DNA of 63,758 bases. Source: Terriglobales bacterium (lineage in GTDB: Bacteria > Acidobacteriota > Terriglobia > Terriglobales > Acidobacteriaceae). Below, piece by piece: positions 1 to 9,766 of this stretch. A model generated the notes under the pieces. It had not been told where the DNA came from. It ran no database searches and saw nothing but the letters and a program-made list of their open reading frames with translations. The stretch is taken from NCBI GenBank assembly GCA_051986135.1, contig JBPYDQ010000002.1, forward strand, positions 1 to 63,758. The letters run 5' to 3'. The position numbers and the translations under genes were made by a program. Each line of letters starts with the position of its first letter. Position 1 is the stretch's first letter.

Positions 1-424
1 CGTCGCCAAGCCGCAACTTACGATTCTCGACCCAAGAACACAGGTCGCTCTGACACTATTACCAGCTGTCGAATCCCTCTCGGCTTGACTAACATTTGAA
101 GGATATCTAACAGGAGGCTTGACGGACATCTAACAGAACGCTCGAACGATCGAGTGCGAGACCATCCATGCTGTCTCTTCCGACGACCGCAGACGCCGGG
201 GACGAACGGCCACGCAAAAATGACCTGGCAATTCTAAACCGTAGAGGGTATCAGGGCGCACGCCAGGACAATAGCAAGATTGCAAGCAGTGGGTGCGTTG
301 TCGCACCCATAGTCAAGCAGAAATAACTCCATGGAATCAGGTAGTCGGTGTTGCACGCCCATGGTACGAGTAACTGCCAGGAGCGGGGAGCCAGCACAGT
401 TGCAATCATAGACATCGGGTAAGG

Positions 425-1186
425 ATGAACATGAATTCGGTTGGGGTCGGGCTGATCGCATTTGCGTGCATTTTCGGCGGTGCGCTGCTGGGCATATTTC
501 TGCGGGCGCATCTTCCTGAACATCATCTGAGTGAGGACTCACAACGGATTGTGAATCTGGGAGCGGGGATCATCGGGACGATGGCTGCGCTGGTTCTCGG
601 CCTGTTGGTCGCCTCGGCCAAAGGCGCCTATGACATGCAGAGCAATGAGCTAACTGCGATGGCGGCCAAGATTGTCTTAGTCGATCGTGGTCTCGCGGTA
701 TACGGCCCCGAGGCTCAAGGTTCGCGTGCTCTTCTGCGCCGTGTTGGTGAGGGCATCATCGAACAGCTGTGGCCGAATGAGCAACACTCTTCGGCCGACT
801 CCCCCAGCCCAATAGCGACACCGGTAGATCTCTTCGAAACCATTGAGAGGCTCTCGCCGAAGAACGAGATACAAACCGCCATCAAGACGCAGGCAGTGGG
901 CCTATTGATGCAGATTGGGGAACAGCGCGGGTTGATTGTCCAACAGAAAAAAAGCTCGGTATCGAAACCGTTGCTGGCGATTCTGATTTTCTCATTGGCT
1001 ATCAATTTTCTTAGTTTCGGACTGTTCGCCCCTCGTAATGCCACTGTGATAACGACCTTGTTTCTCTGTGCAATAGCTTCAGCGGGTGCCATCTTTCTGA
1101 TCATGGAACTCTATCATCCGTTTGGAGGATTGATTCAAATCCCGAGTTCCGCCTTACAGAGCGCACTGGCACAAATGGGTCGTTAG
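425..1186 (+). CDS. DUF4239-like (bestrophin-like) integral membrane protein
   Basis: 253-aa ORF with one N-terminal and two C-terminal hydrophobic helices. The HLPEHHLSEDS...GTMAALVLGLLVASAKGAYD pattern is recalled from the DUF4239 family. Confidence 0.55.
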   Translation: MNMNSVGVGLIAFACIFGGALLGIFLRAHLPEHHLSEDSQRIVNLGAGIIGTMAALVLGLLVASAKGAYDMQSNELTAMAAKIVLVDRGLAVYGPEAQGSRALLRRVGEGIIEQLWPNEQHSSADSPSPIATPVDLFETIERLSPKNEIQTAIKTQAVGLLMQIGEQRGLIVQQKKSSVSKPLLAILIFSLAINFLSFGLFAPRNATVITTLFLCAIASAGAIFLIMELYHPFGGLIQIPSSALQSALAQMGR

Positions 1187-1260
1187 CGTCGCGTGTATCG
1201 CGTACGTTACGATCCTGGATTGTTCTCTACAATTGCTAACCCTTCAAAGCTTGAGAATTG

Positions 1261-1823
1261 CTAACCCTGACCGAGGCGGCACAGTTGTCGTGATCCGCTC
1301 CTGGCCAACTTGTGCAGCGCATCGTCCAACCGCTGTGCCCGAGTGTTGCAACACTCCACGAGCGGACCTCTGTGGTAAAGGCGAGATGCTGTGAGCCAAG
1401 TGTCTACAGCAGCTCCGAAGTTTTGAGCGGAAGCCATCCCATTTTTGCTTGTAAGAACATCCGACAAATGCGCCACCGGACCTCGTTCCAAATCGGTATG
1501 GGTCGAATGATGCTCGTGATTTTGCCAGTCGACCTCTCCCAACTCCGAGGTCCAGGCAAGATTCTTGGCCATGTTGTCGAGCACGAAGGGAAATTGGGTG
1601 AGAGCCTTCACGCTCGCGTCCATCAGTTTTTGATCACTAAGATCCTGGTGCTGCTGAAGTCAATTCTGTGCCAGCGCAATCTGGTCGGGAAATGTTTTTC
1701 GGATAAAACCTGGGCTACCAAGGCATCAGGGTAAAGAGCGATGGGCGCGACCAAAGCTTGGATTTGCGGCCTGGTTCCTGTCGCGTGACGTAATGCCACC
1801 GGAATGGATGTATCTACTGGCAA
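1261..1823 (-). pseudogene. DUF3300-family gene, disrupted (frameshift plus in-frame TGA, 5' truncated)
   Basis: ORF 1623..1823 carries the DUF3300 signature LVAPIALYPDALVAQVL, and ORF 1261..1623 carries ALTQFPFVLDNMAKNLAWTSELGE. Adding one A to the A5 run (plus-strand T5 at 1695-1699) and reading TGA at 1660-1662 as Trp restores ...SEKTFPDQIALAQNWLQQHQDLSDQKLMDASVKALTQFP... No signal peptide or start lies upstream. Confidence 0.6.
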
Positions 1824-2436
1824 AGGTGTTATGGAACTACTCGAAGCATGTTGGTGTCTGTCGGCAAGTAGGTGTTCTGCATGAGAACCGTTATCCTTCT
1901 GCTCGTCGTAGCCTTGTTAGTTTGTTTCCTCGATGCGAACCATCTCGGTCAGCAATTTGACTTCCCCGAGAACGCATCGAGGAGCCAGATGGTGTTCACC
2001 TGAGCCAACCGACGATGCGAAGTCTTCTGAAGAATCAGGTCGTGCACAAGAGGTCGCAAGACGTCCCCGATCCTTAAATCTAAAGCAGATAACAAAGCAC
2101 CTGTGTAATTGCAGTCCACCAAACTAGTACTTCTTACAGGTTCTCGGTTTGAGAACAACCGCTAGCTTCTAAGAGCATGCACGAATACCTATGTGTTCAA
2201 CCACTGGGTTTCTGGTGGTCGGGGTACTGCGTGGATGACTATTTGGGGTCGGAGCTCCCGCTGGCACGAAACACAATCGGATCTCGAATGACATCCAGCA
2301 AAGGCCGAACGCGATACTCGGTGTCTATGGTCCGCGGCGGTGATTCGAGATGACGTGGAGAGGAGCAACAGCACCCCTACTCGCCCGAGTCTAGAAAAGC
2401 GAGAGCCTCAACAGCTGCCGGAATAGGCGAGGCACA

Positions 2437-5082
2437 ATGAAAACAAGAGTCTTGACTGGGTTGTTGGTCCTCATCCTCACCTGCGCGCTGCTTTCATGCA
2501 AGAAATCCGAAAGCCCACGCACTCGACAGTCACCTGTTCAGGCCGGTCAAACTTCTTTGACCGAAAAACTGCCAGCACGAAACCCTGACCGTAACGCCTA
2601 CTTCGGCGAGGAGCATATTCATACCAGTTGGTCGCTGGATGCCTGGGTCATGGGGAACCGAATCACCACCCCGGACGATGCCCTCAAATACGCGCAGGGA
2701 CAAGCCATCAAGCATCCTCTCGGCTACGACATCAAGATTGAAACCCCATTGGACTTCATGGGAGTCACTGACCACTCCGAGTATGTCGGCGTGACGAAAC
2801 AGGCCAACACTCCGGGGTCCTATGTGAGCAAGCTTCCCGAAGCGCAGCCTATGATCATGAAGAATCCGAACGACCCGGCGGAGCAGCAGAAGGTGTTTCT
2901 GTATCTGCTCTCACTCACCAGCAAACCGCCGATCAAGGCGTTCATGAGCCCGCAAGTGGCGGTCCCGGTTTGGAAGGAAAATGTAAAGTACGCCGAGGAG
3001 AACAACCACCCGGGCAAGTTCACCGCTTTCTGTTCTTACGAGTGGACTTCGATGCCGAACAATCGCAACCTTCATCGCAACATCTTCTTCCGCGATTGCA
3101 CCCATATTCCGGACATGCCATTCAGCTCAATGGATGACAACCACCCCGAGGCCCTCTGGAAGTGGATGGATTCGCAGCGCAAGGCCGGCAACGAACTGCT
3201 GGCCATTTCCCACAACGCCAACGTCAGCGATGGCTGGATGTATCCCACGGATCTCGATAGCTACGGGCGACCGATTGACGCTGCCTGGGCAGGTTCACGC
3301 GATCGAAACGAGCGTCTGGTCGAGATCAAGCAGATTAAAGGTCAATCAGAGACTCATCCCCTGCTCTCTCCGAACGATGAATTCGCCAGCTATGAGATTT
3401 TTAGCGGCTTACTCGGTCTCACACCGGATATCGGCCGTATCGACCACGTTCAAGGCAGCTTCGCCCGACAGGCCTATAAAGACGGCATCACGATGCAGGA
3501 CGTCCGCGGTTACAACCCGTACAAATTCGGCATGGCCGGCGGTTCCGATTCGCACAATACCGGCAGCCCTTACCGTCAAGACAATTTCTACGGTGGTCAC
3601 GCCATGGTCGACGGGACAGTCGAAAGTCGCATGGCAGGAGTGATGTTGGGCAACACCATCGACAATCGGCTGGAGAATCCCGGCGGATTGACCGGCGTAT
3701 GGGCCGAAGAAAATACTCGCGCCTCCCTGTTTTCCGCAATGTACCGAAAGGAAACCTTTGGCGTCAGCGGCCCGCATATCAAGGTGCGCTTCTTCGGCGG
3801 CTGGGGGTACAACAAGAACATTTTCGACGCCAAGGATTGGGTACATCAGTCGTATGCAAACGGGGTCCCGATGGGGGCCGACCTGCCCGCGATGCCGCAA
3901 GGAAGAAAGGGCACCGCTCCAACGTTCGTTGTCTGGGCCGTGAAGGACCCGACGTCAGGCAATCTCGACCGCATTCAGATCATCAAGGGCTGGACCCAGA
4001 ACGGCCAGAGCTTCGAGACGATTTTCGACGTGGCTTGGGCAGGTGATCGCAAAGCCGATAAGTGGACGGGACGCGTCCCCGCTATTAAGAGCACGGTGGA
4101 CCTGGAAAAGGCCACCTATAGCAATGACGAGGGTTCAACGGAACTCAAGACAGTCTGGACCGATCCTGAGTTCGATCCCAGTCTGCATGCCTTCTACTAC
4201 GCACGCGTGCTGGAAATACCGACACCGCGCTGGACGCTGATCCAGGCGGTGAAAGCCGGCCTGCCTCCGCCGGATGTAGTTCCACTCACCGGGCAGGAGC
4301 GCGCCTGGAGCTCACCCGTCTGGTACACGCCAAGCGCCGAAGCTCGCAAGAGAGCTCCAGTGGGCACGACCGTGGCCGACCTTAAGAAGAAAAACGCTGC
4401 CCAACTGAACGATGCGCAACTCAAGGCGCTCGTCGTTGGCAAGGCATTTTGGGTTCGCGACAATGTCACCGGCGAGCAGTTCAGCGCGAACTTTACCAAC
4501 CAGGGCCATTACACCGTGTTCCACGTTGGAAAGTACTCCAAGGTGCCGAGTGGCTTCGGTCCCGTGGCGCGCGATGGATACCAGGGCACGACGAACCCCT
4601 ACAAAATCGAAGGCGGCGAGCTTATCACGTTTGTCTCGCAGGAGCCGTATTCCTATACCCTTTACAAGGTGGGGCACACCTATTACGGTGCGCGCAGCAA
4701 CGAGTTCGGCTACGCCAATTACGAGATCATCCCAGTACCGTCGCCGCCAATCGTCTCCAATCCGCTTACGGCAATGCTCAATCAGTTTTCGGTTGAGCTG
4801 GGGCTCACACAAGAACAGAGAAAGCAGGTTTTCCCCATTATCAAAACTGAGCTGCCGAAACTTCAGGAACTGAAGAAAAATACCTCTCTCAAGCCATTGG
4901 ATAAATTGCAGCAGTTGAAACAAATCGGCGACGACCTTGACGCCAAGATCACTCCTCTGCTCGACCAGCAGCAACAGCAGAAGTTCCAACAAGTTCGCGA
5001 AGAGCACCGGCGCGAACTGTTAAAGAAGATGGCGGGTCAAGTGATACAGAAGGTACAAACCGACATCGTGCAGGAGTTTTAG
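2437..5082 (+). CDS. DUF3604-family lipoprotein with extra C-terminal beta-rich and LTXXQ/Spy-like helical region
   Basis: 881-aa ORF with lipobox LLSC at residues 17-20. The FGEEHIHTSWSLDAW and ...AWSSPVWY motifs are typical of DUF3604 (PHP-like). About 250 further residues end in LTQEQRKQV...QQQQQKFQQVREEHRREL. Confidence 0.7.
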   Translation: MKTRVLTGLLVLILTCALLSCKKSESPRTRQSPVQAGQTSLTEKLPARNPDRNAYFGEEHIHTSWSLDAWVMGNRITTPDDALKYAQGQAIKHPLGYDIKIETPLDFMGVTDHSEYVGVTKQANTPGSYVSKLPEAQPMIMKNPNDPAEQQKVFLYLLSLTSKPPIKAFMSPQVAVPVWKENVKYAEENNHPGKFTAFCSYEWTSMPNNRNLHRNIFFRDCTHIPDMPFSSMDDNHPEALWKWMDSQRKAGNELLAISHNANVSDGWMYPTDLDSYGRPIDAAWAGSRDRNERLVEIKQIKGQSETHPLLSPNDEFASYEIFSGLLGLTPDIGRIDHVQGSFARQAYKDGITMQDVRGYNPYKFGMAGGSDSHNTGSPYRQDNFYGGHAMVDGTVESRMAGVMLGNTIDNRLENPGGLTGVWAEENTRASLFSAMYRKETFGVSGPHIKVRFFGGWGYNKNIFDAKDWVHQSYANGVPMGADLPAMPQGRKGTAPTFVVWAVKDPTSGNLDRIQIIKGWTQNGQSFETIFDVAWAGDRKADKWTGRVPAIKSTVDLEKATYSNDEGSTELKTVWTDPEFDPSLHAFYYARVLEIPTPRWTLIQAVKAGLPPPDVVPLTGQERAWSSPVWYTPSAEARKRAPVGTTVADLKKKNAAQLNDAQLKALVVGKAFWVRDNVTGEQFSANFTNQGHYTVFHVGKYSKVPSGFGPVARDGYQGTTNPYKIEGGELITFVSQEPYSYTLYKVGHTYYGARSNEFGYANYEIIPVPSPPIVSNPLTAMLNQFSVELGLTQEQRKQVFPIIKTELPKLQELKKNTSLKPLDKLQQLKQIGDDLDAKITPLLDQQQQQKFQQVREEHRRELLKKMAGQVIQKVQTDIVQEF

Positions 5083-5878
5083 AGCTACAACGGGACGCAA
5101 AAAATACAAGGCGTGGCTGTCTCGTCCCAGGCCAATCACCGATGGTAGGAATCTTCTGGCGAGCTCAGCACCTGAGGCAAAGGGAAAGTCAAAGGCAACT
5201 CGGTATTTGTTAATCCTCGCCGGGTGGCTGCTGGGCGGCGGCAAAAAGGTCAAAAGCTAGCCGCGTATGTCATCGGGGGTGGAGATTCTTGAGGGCGATC
5301 CCCGATTCTCCTTGTGAGAGCGTGTTCTTGGAATTTATGAGATGAAGATCTGCAACGTCATTGGGACCGCTTGCAACATTCGGTCGGCTCAGCTGTGCGA
5401 TCGCTACCATGATTGACCCAAGTCGGGGTTTCTGCAAAGAGGGTGACCGGAAAATCCTCTCCCCGCGGGGCAACGCTCTTGTTACGGAAAACATGGAGAG
5501 GAAATAGTGGAGTCGTCGTACCGATTCCGATATTCCCATTCGTTCCTTTGAATTCCTAGAATCGGTGATCCCTTCGCCCGAGTCGCGGGCTAAACGAAAT
5601 GCCGGGAAATACCAGACCCGCCCCCCAGATTTCACGGACCATGTGACTCAGAGGACGGGTTCGCCCACCCGACTCACCGGGCGACGCGAAGATGAGGCAA
5701 TCCTCCCTGCCTCGCTTAATTTGCACACGTCACCGTTAGATCCTGGGAGGCTGTCAAGGGTGTTCTCTTGATCCTTGTCTAGAAACGCGGTTCGGGCTCT
5801 TGACTCCTCAGCCTTGGCATTTGCATAGAACGCATGGTAGAACGATGGGCGTGTCCCGGTGAACTTAAGGTTTTCCAG

Positions 5879-7258
5879 ATGAGGGTATCGGATTACGAAC
5901 TCGTTGTCATCGGCAGTGGCCCAGCAGGCCAGAAGGGCGCCATCGCCGCGGCAAAGGCGCGTAAACGCGTCGCTCTGGTCGACCGCACCCTCATGATGGG
6001 TGGTGTTTCCGTTCATACTGGCACAATCCCGAGCAAGACCCTGCGTGAGGCTATCTTTCAGCTCACTGGTTTCGCAGTACGAGCCCTGTACGGTAAGCGA
6101 AACGACGAGATTACTGTCCAAGATCTTGCCTCGCGTGTCGGGGCCATTGTGTCGCGAGAGACTGAAGTAGTTCGAACGCAATTAAGGCGGAACGGGATCG
6201 CCATCTATGAAGGCAACGCGTTGTTTCTGGATCCTCATACCTTAGAAGTTCAAGGCGACGGCCAGAAGATTCAAGTCAGAGCTGAGAGAGTAATCATCGC
6301 CTGTGGCACGCGACCAGCACACAGCCCGGAGATTGTTTTCGACGATCATCGAATCGTGGACACGGATCACCTTTCTGGCTTGGGCCGCATCCCGAAAGAA
6401 ATCATCATTGTCGGTGCTGGTGTCATAGGTCTCGAATACGCCTCATTCATGGCGGCGTTGGGCGCCGATGTCACATTGATCGACCAACGGCCAGCGATTC
6501 TTGAGTTTGTAGATCGGGAAATCATTGAGGCGCTGTCCTACCACCTGCGCCAGCTCGGCGTCACGTTCCGGCTCGGGGAAAAGGTGGAGGAAGTCGGGAT
6601 TGACGGGAAACGCGATTTGGTCTTCGCGGAGTTGCAAAGCGGCAAGAGAGTGCACGGCGACGCTCTCATCTACGCCGTGGGACGCCAGGCTAATGGTGAT
6701 CAGCTCCAACTGGAGGCCGCGGGATTAGCTGCTGACTCGCGCGGCAGACTGAAAGTGAATGAATTCTTTCAAACCGACGTTCCACACATTTATGCAGTAG
6801 GTGACGTTATTGGATTCCCGGCGCTGGCAAGCACATCGATGGAGCAGGGGCGGCTAGCCGCCAGCCATATGTTTGGAATTCCGTTCGAGCACATGCCTAA
6901 CCTATTACCCTACGGAATCTACACGATTCCAGAAATCTCCATGGTTGGCCAGACTGAGGAATCGCTAACCGCTAATAGGGTTCCGTACGAAGTGGGGATC
7001 GCCAGGTATTCGGAACTGGCGAAGAGCATGATGCTCGGTGATGAAACGGGCATGCTCAAACTTCTGTTTGATCGCCAAACGCGTAAGCTTCTTGGTGTGC
7101 ATGCCTTGGGACAGCGCGCCACCGAAATTGTTCATATCGGGCAGGCAGTACTCTTCTATGGCGGGTCAGTGGAATACTTCCGCGATATGGTCTTTAACTA
7201 TCCCACGCTCGCTGAGGCTTACAAAGTGGCTGCCCTGGATGGATTAAATAAGCTTTGA
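5879..7258 (+). CDS. sthA: Soluble pyridine nucleotide transhydrogenase (Si-specific NAD(P)+ transhydrogenase)
   Basis: YELVVIGSGPAGQKGAIAAAK FAD-binding motif, GGVSVHTGTIPSKTLREA motif and a second GxGxxG (IIVGAGVIGLEYAS). The ORF opens at 5834, but the ATG at 5879 gives the canonical N-terminus. Confidence 0.88.
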   Translation: MRVSDYELVVIGSGPAGQKGAIAAAKARKRVALVDRTLMMGGVSVHTGTIPSKTLREAIFQLTGFAVRALYGKRNDEITVQDLASRVGAIVSRETEVVRTQLRRNGIAIYEGNALFLDPHTLEVQGDGQKIQVRAERVIIACGTRPAHSPEIVFDDHRIVDTDHLSGLGRIPKEIIIVGAGVIGLEYASFMAALGADVTLIDQRPAILEFVDREIIEALSYHLRQLGVTFRLGEKVEEVGIDGKRDLVFAELQSGKRVHGDALIYAVGRQANGDQLQLEAAGLAADSRGRLKVNEFFQTDVPHIYAVGDVIGFPALASTSMEQGRLAASHMFGIPFEHMPNLLPYGIYTIPEISMVGQTEESLTANRVPYEVGIARYSELAKSMMLGDETGMLKLLFDRQTRKLLGVHALGQRATEIVHIGQAVLFYGGSVEYFRDMVFNYPTLAEAYKVAALDGLNKL

Positions 7259-7395
7259 AAGATTCCGAACGAGGACCAGGCATCGCAGGACCTTGTGCTC
7301 CGCCAAAGTCCATTCATGCGAAAAGGTGCAACTGCAACTTTTCCCAGGCTGCGTTGACCTAAACGAAAATCGGTTGTCGACTGGCCGAGGCTGCT

Positions 7396-7410
7396 AGAGA
7401 GAGAGAGAGA
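7396..7410. repeat. (AG)7 dinucleotide microsatellite
   Basis: agagagagagagaga read directly, in the convergent intergenic region between sthA and the zinc-ribbon gene. Confidence 0.9.
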
Positions 7411-7693
7411 ATCGTGTTGAGTCACTGCTGGCCGGATGCGGCAAATGCCCTGGCAATCATGTCGGCAATTCATCCCCATTTTTCCGCTCGGACCTAGGTC
7501 CGGATCGTAAATGGTTGAATGGTTACCTCCATGCCTGCCACCATGCCGGATGAAAGAAAGCCGCGGAGCACCTCAAACCAACTTCTCCCAGCTCATTCCG
7601 TCATCGTGAGTTGCTTCACCGCCCGACTTTATCGCTCCATCCAGGACATGAGCAGAATGGAAGGTGAAAAATGGGTTGGGGTCTCTCGCGAAT

Positions 7694-8191
7694 TTACGCA
7701 GCCTGCCCCTGGGCGAGAGCACGGTACTCTTCATCTGATTGCGCCGGCAGAAGCACCCACATGGTGTAGATGCCGAGGGCTGTGCCCAATGGAACGTTAA
7801 TCAGGGAAATGAATCCGATGATCAAAGCCAGAATCCGCGCCCATGACTCGTGCTGTAGCAAACCCCATCCGGCCAAGAATCCTGCAGCAGACTTTATGAG
7901 AATGATTCCGCCAATCGATACCAGCAGTGGGCGCAGCCAGATTGTGACCTCGGCCGGTACCCCAGCCACATGGACGACACGGCCAAAAATCGTGTTGGCC
8001 ACAACAATCATCACAACACCGCCGATCACACTTAAGGCGGAATACGCCATCCAGAGCATGGCCACGAGCCGAACGTGCTCCTGCACACGGCTTCTGCGGA
8101 CCATCTGAATCCGCCCGATCACCTGTTTGCCGCAGCGACTGCAATACGGTTGACCTGTCACCAGAGCATTGCCGCATTGATCACAAAACAT
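7694..8191 (-). CDS. Zinc-ribbon domain membrane protein
   Basis: N-terminal CxxC...CxxC (MFCDQCGNALVTGQPYCSRCGKQV) followed by about 4 hydrophobic helices. Confidence 0.6.
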   Translation of the reverse strand: MFCDQCGNALVTGQPYCSRCGKQVIGRIQMVRRSRVQEHVRLVAMLWMAYSALSVIGGVVMIVVANTIFGRVVHVAGVPAEVTIWLRPLLVSIGGIILIKSAAGFLAGWGLLQHESWARILALIIGFISLINVPLGTALGIYTMWVLLPAQSDEEYRALAQGQAA

Positions 8192-8318
8192 ACCTAACCT
8201 CGATGCGCGTCGAAATGCGCCTCACGGTGATACGTACGATGAAAACGGAGGGTTCCGTTGGCGCACGCAATAGGCATCTCCATCTGCCAAAAAGCGAAGA
8301 CACGGAAACATCAAAATG

Positions 8319-8354
8319 AAAAGACCGCCCGGCAACTCAGGCGGCCTTTTCTTC
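8319..8354 (-). terminator. Rho-independent terminator, bidirectional in form
   Basis: AAAAGaCCGCC-N10-GGCGGcCTTTT stem (10 of 11 positions paired, one A/C mismatch) flanked by T-runs on both strands. It lies about 190 nt downstream of the 8539..9711 gene. Confidence 0.65.
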
Positions 8355-8538
8355 AAGGGAGAATAGTTCTAACGGAGGCAAATCCGTCAAAACTTTATGC
8401 GGGCATCTTATGAGCCGAAAAAGCAGGGTGTCAAGGGAATTTTGGTAAATAAATAGCAATAGATTCAATAAGTTACGAAATTCGTTAACAGGACCGCGAA
8501 AAGCTTGTCTTTTGGGTAAAAATGCCTGTGGAAGACGG

Positions 8539-9711
8539 TTAACTGGCTTTAATCGAAGAACTTAGCTGTGAATCCCTAGGCTGGTCCGGGGCCTGGTCGA
8601 GGTGCAAACGGATAAATTCCACCTGGTCAGGTCGGTCGATGACTCTCCCCGGGAGCAAGCTGCGAATCGCGATACGCAGTCCTCCGAAAGCCATTCCTGC
8701 GGCCAGCATCAGACCCACCAGGATTCCGCAGAGCAGGATGACATTCACGATCAGATTGCCGATGTTGTTCTTCTTGTCAAAGAAAGTATTCTGGTTCCAG
8801 GTCACGTCGGCGTCATAGCTGACCGGGCCGAGCAACGAATGTGCTTCGCGTTCGGCGACGGGTCCGGAGACGATGGCGAGCAATGGGCCAGTTCGCTTGG
8901 CGAAAAATGGACCGACATCCACGATCGCGGTGACCCCCGATTGCTGCTGGACACCCGCATGATTCAGGACGATCTGCTTCATGTGATCGGCCGCGATCTG
9001 CGGGGTGGGATAGGAGATCACCATGAGGGTGGCCTCTCCACCGGCAACTTTGTACTTACCCAACACAACTTCGGTGCCTTTACTGAAGTCGACCAGTCGT
9101 GCATCCAACGGGGCAGAGGCTTGCGAAAAAGCTAACGAACCCTCGATGTATTTTTCCGTATTAGCAATGTAATCCCGGCGAGGCAGGTATGCGAGCGCGG
9201 GAGGAAGATTTCCCGCATTTCCCGCGGGTTTGGGCAGCAAGCCCGCCAGCTCACGCAGTTCGGCGGCGGACATGGCCGTGATTCGATCGAAGACCGCGTC
9301 TACCAGCACGTTGCCACGATAAAAGAGAATGCGCTGGTTGAAAGAAGCACCCTGGTCGCCAATCTGTTCCCGGTTCATCTCGGGTTGGTAGTAGAACGTG
9401 TAGGCACCGAACGCGCCGCTAGTATCTTCGAAGCGAGCTGCCTTGATGGCCAGCTTGCGTCCATCTTCGCGAACGTAAGTGGCCGTCTCGATGTCCTGGA
9501 ACCCGTACTCCTTTAGAACGGGCGCGTTAGCGGGATCGGCGGTGGCGGCATCGACGCTGGTCTTCGTCGATCCTTTCATTTGCCATCCGGAAAATTCTCG
9601 GGGAAGGAAGGCGGGCCTATCGGCCGCAAAAGCGGCTGCGGATGAAACGATCAGGCTGAAGAAGGCGAAAGTGAGGAAAAGTCGCATGAGACGAGACACG
9701 CAAAGGCGCAC
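8539..9711 (-). CDS. Hypothetical exported protein with C-terminal membrane anchor
   Basis: 390-aa ORF with an N-terminal signal-like segment (LTFAFFSLIVSSAAAFA) and one hydrophobic helix near the C-terminus. I recognised no catalytic motif. Confidence 0.6.
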   Translation of the reverse strand: MRLCVSRLMRLFLTFAFFSLIVSSAAAFAADRPAFLPREFSGWQMKGSTKTSVDAATADPANAPVLKEYGFQDIETATYVREDGRKLAIKAARFEDTSGAFGAYTFYYQPEMNREQIGDQGASFNQRILFYRGNVLVDAVFDRITAMSAAELRELAGLLPKPAGNAGNLPPALAYLPRRDYIANTEKYIEGSLAFSQASAPLDARLVDFSKGTEVVLGKYKVAGGEATLMVISYPTPQIAADHMKQIVLNHAGVQQQSGVTAIVDVGPFFAKRTGPLLAIVSGPVAEREAHSLLGPVSYDADVTWNQNTFFDKKNNIGNLIVNVILLCGILVGLMLAAGMAFGGLRIAIRSLLPGRVIDRPDQVEFIRLHLDQAPDQPRDSQLSSSIKAS

Positions 9712-9766
9712 ACACTACTCCTACCCATTAGACTACCGTGGCCGCTGCAAAGTTTCCAGAATCGGT

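Noticed and set aside
2-88. Plus-strand frame ending in TGA at 86-88 (…VAKPQLTILDPRTQVALTLLPAVESLSA) that could be the 3' end of a gene starting outside the window.
   Set aside because: Only 28 codons are visible with no recognisable motif, so it cannot be told apart from a chance open frame.
1881-2003. 40-codon plus-strand ORF with a signal-peptide-like N-terminus (MRTVILLLVVALLVCFL…) and an AGGTG 7 nt upstream.
   Set aside because: It lies antisense to the degraded 5' region of the DUF3300 relic, is very short and has no other support.
5270-5635. 121-aa minus-strand ORF in the 800-nt gap between the DUF3604 gene and sthA.
   Set aside because: I recognised no motif, no obvious Shine-Dalgarno is present, and the composition is Arg/Ser-rich. 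It could be a real orphan gene or a relic, but I cannot support a call without a database search.
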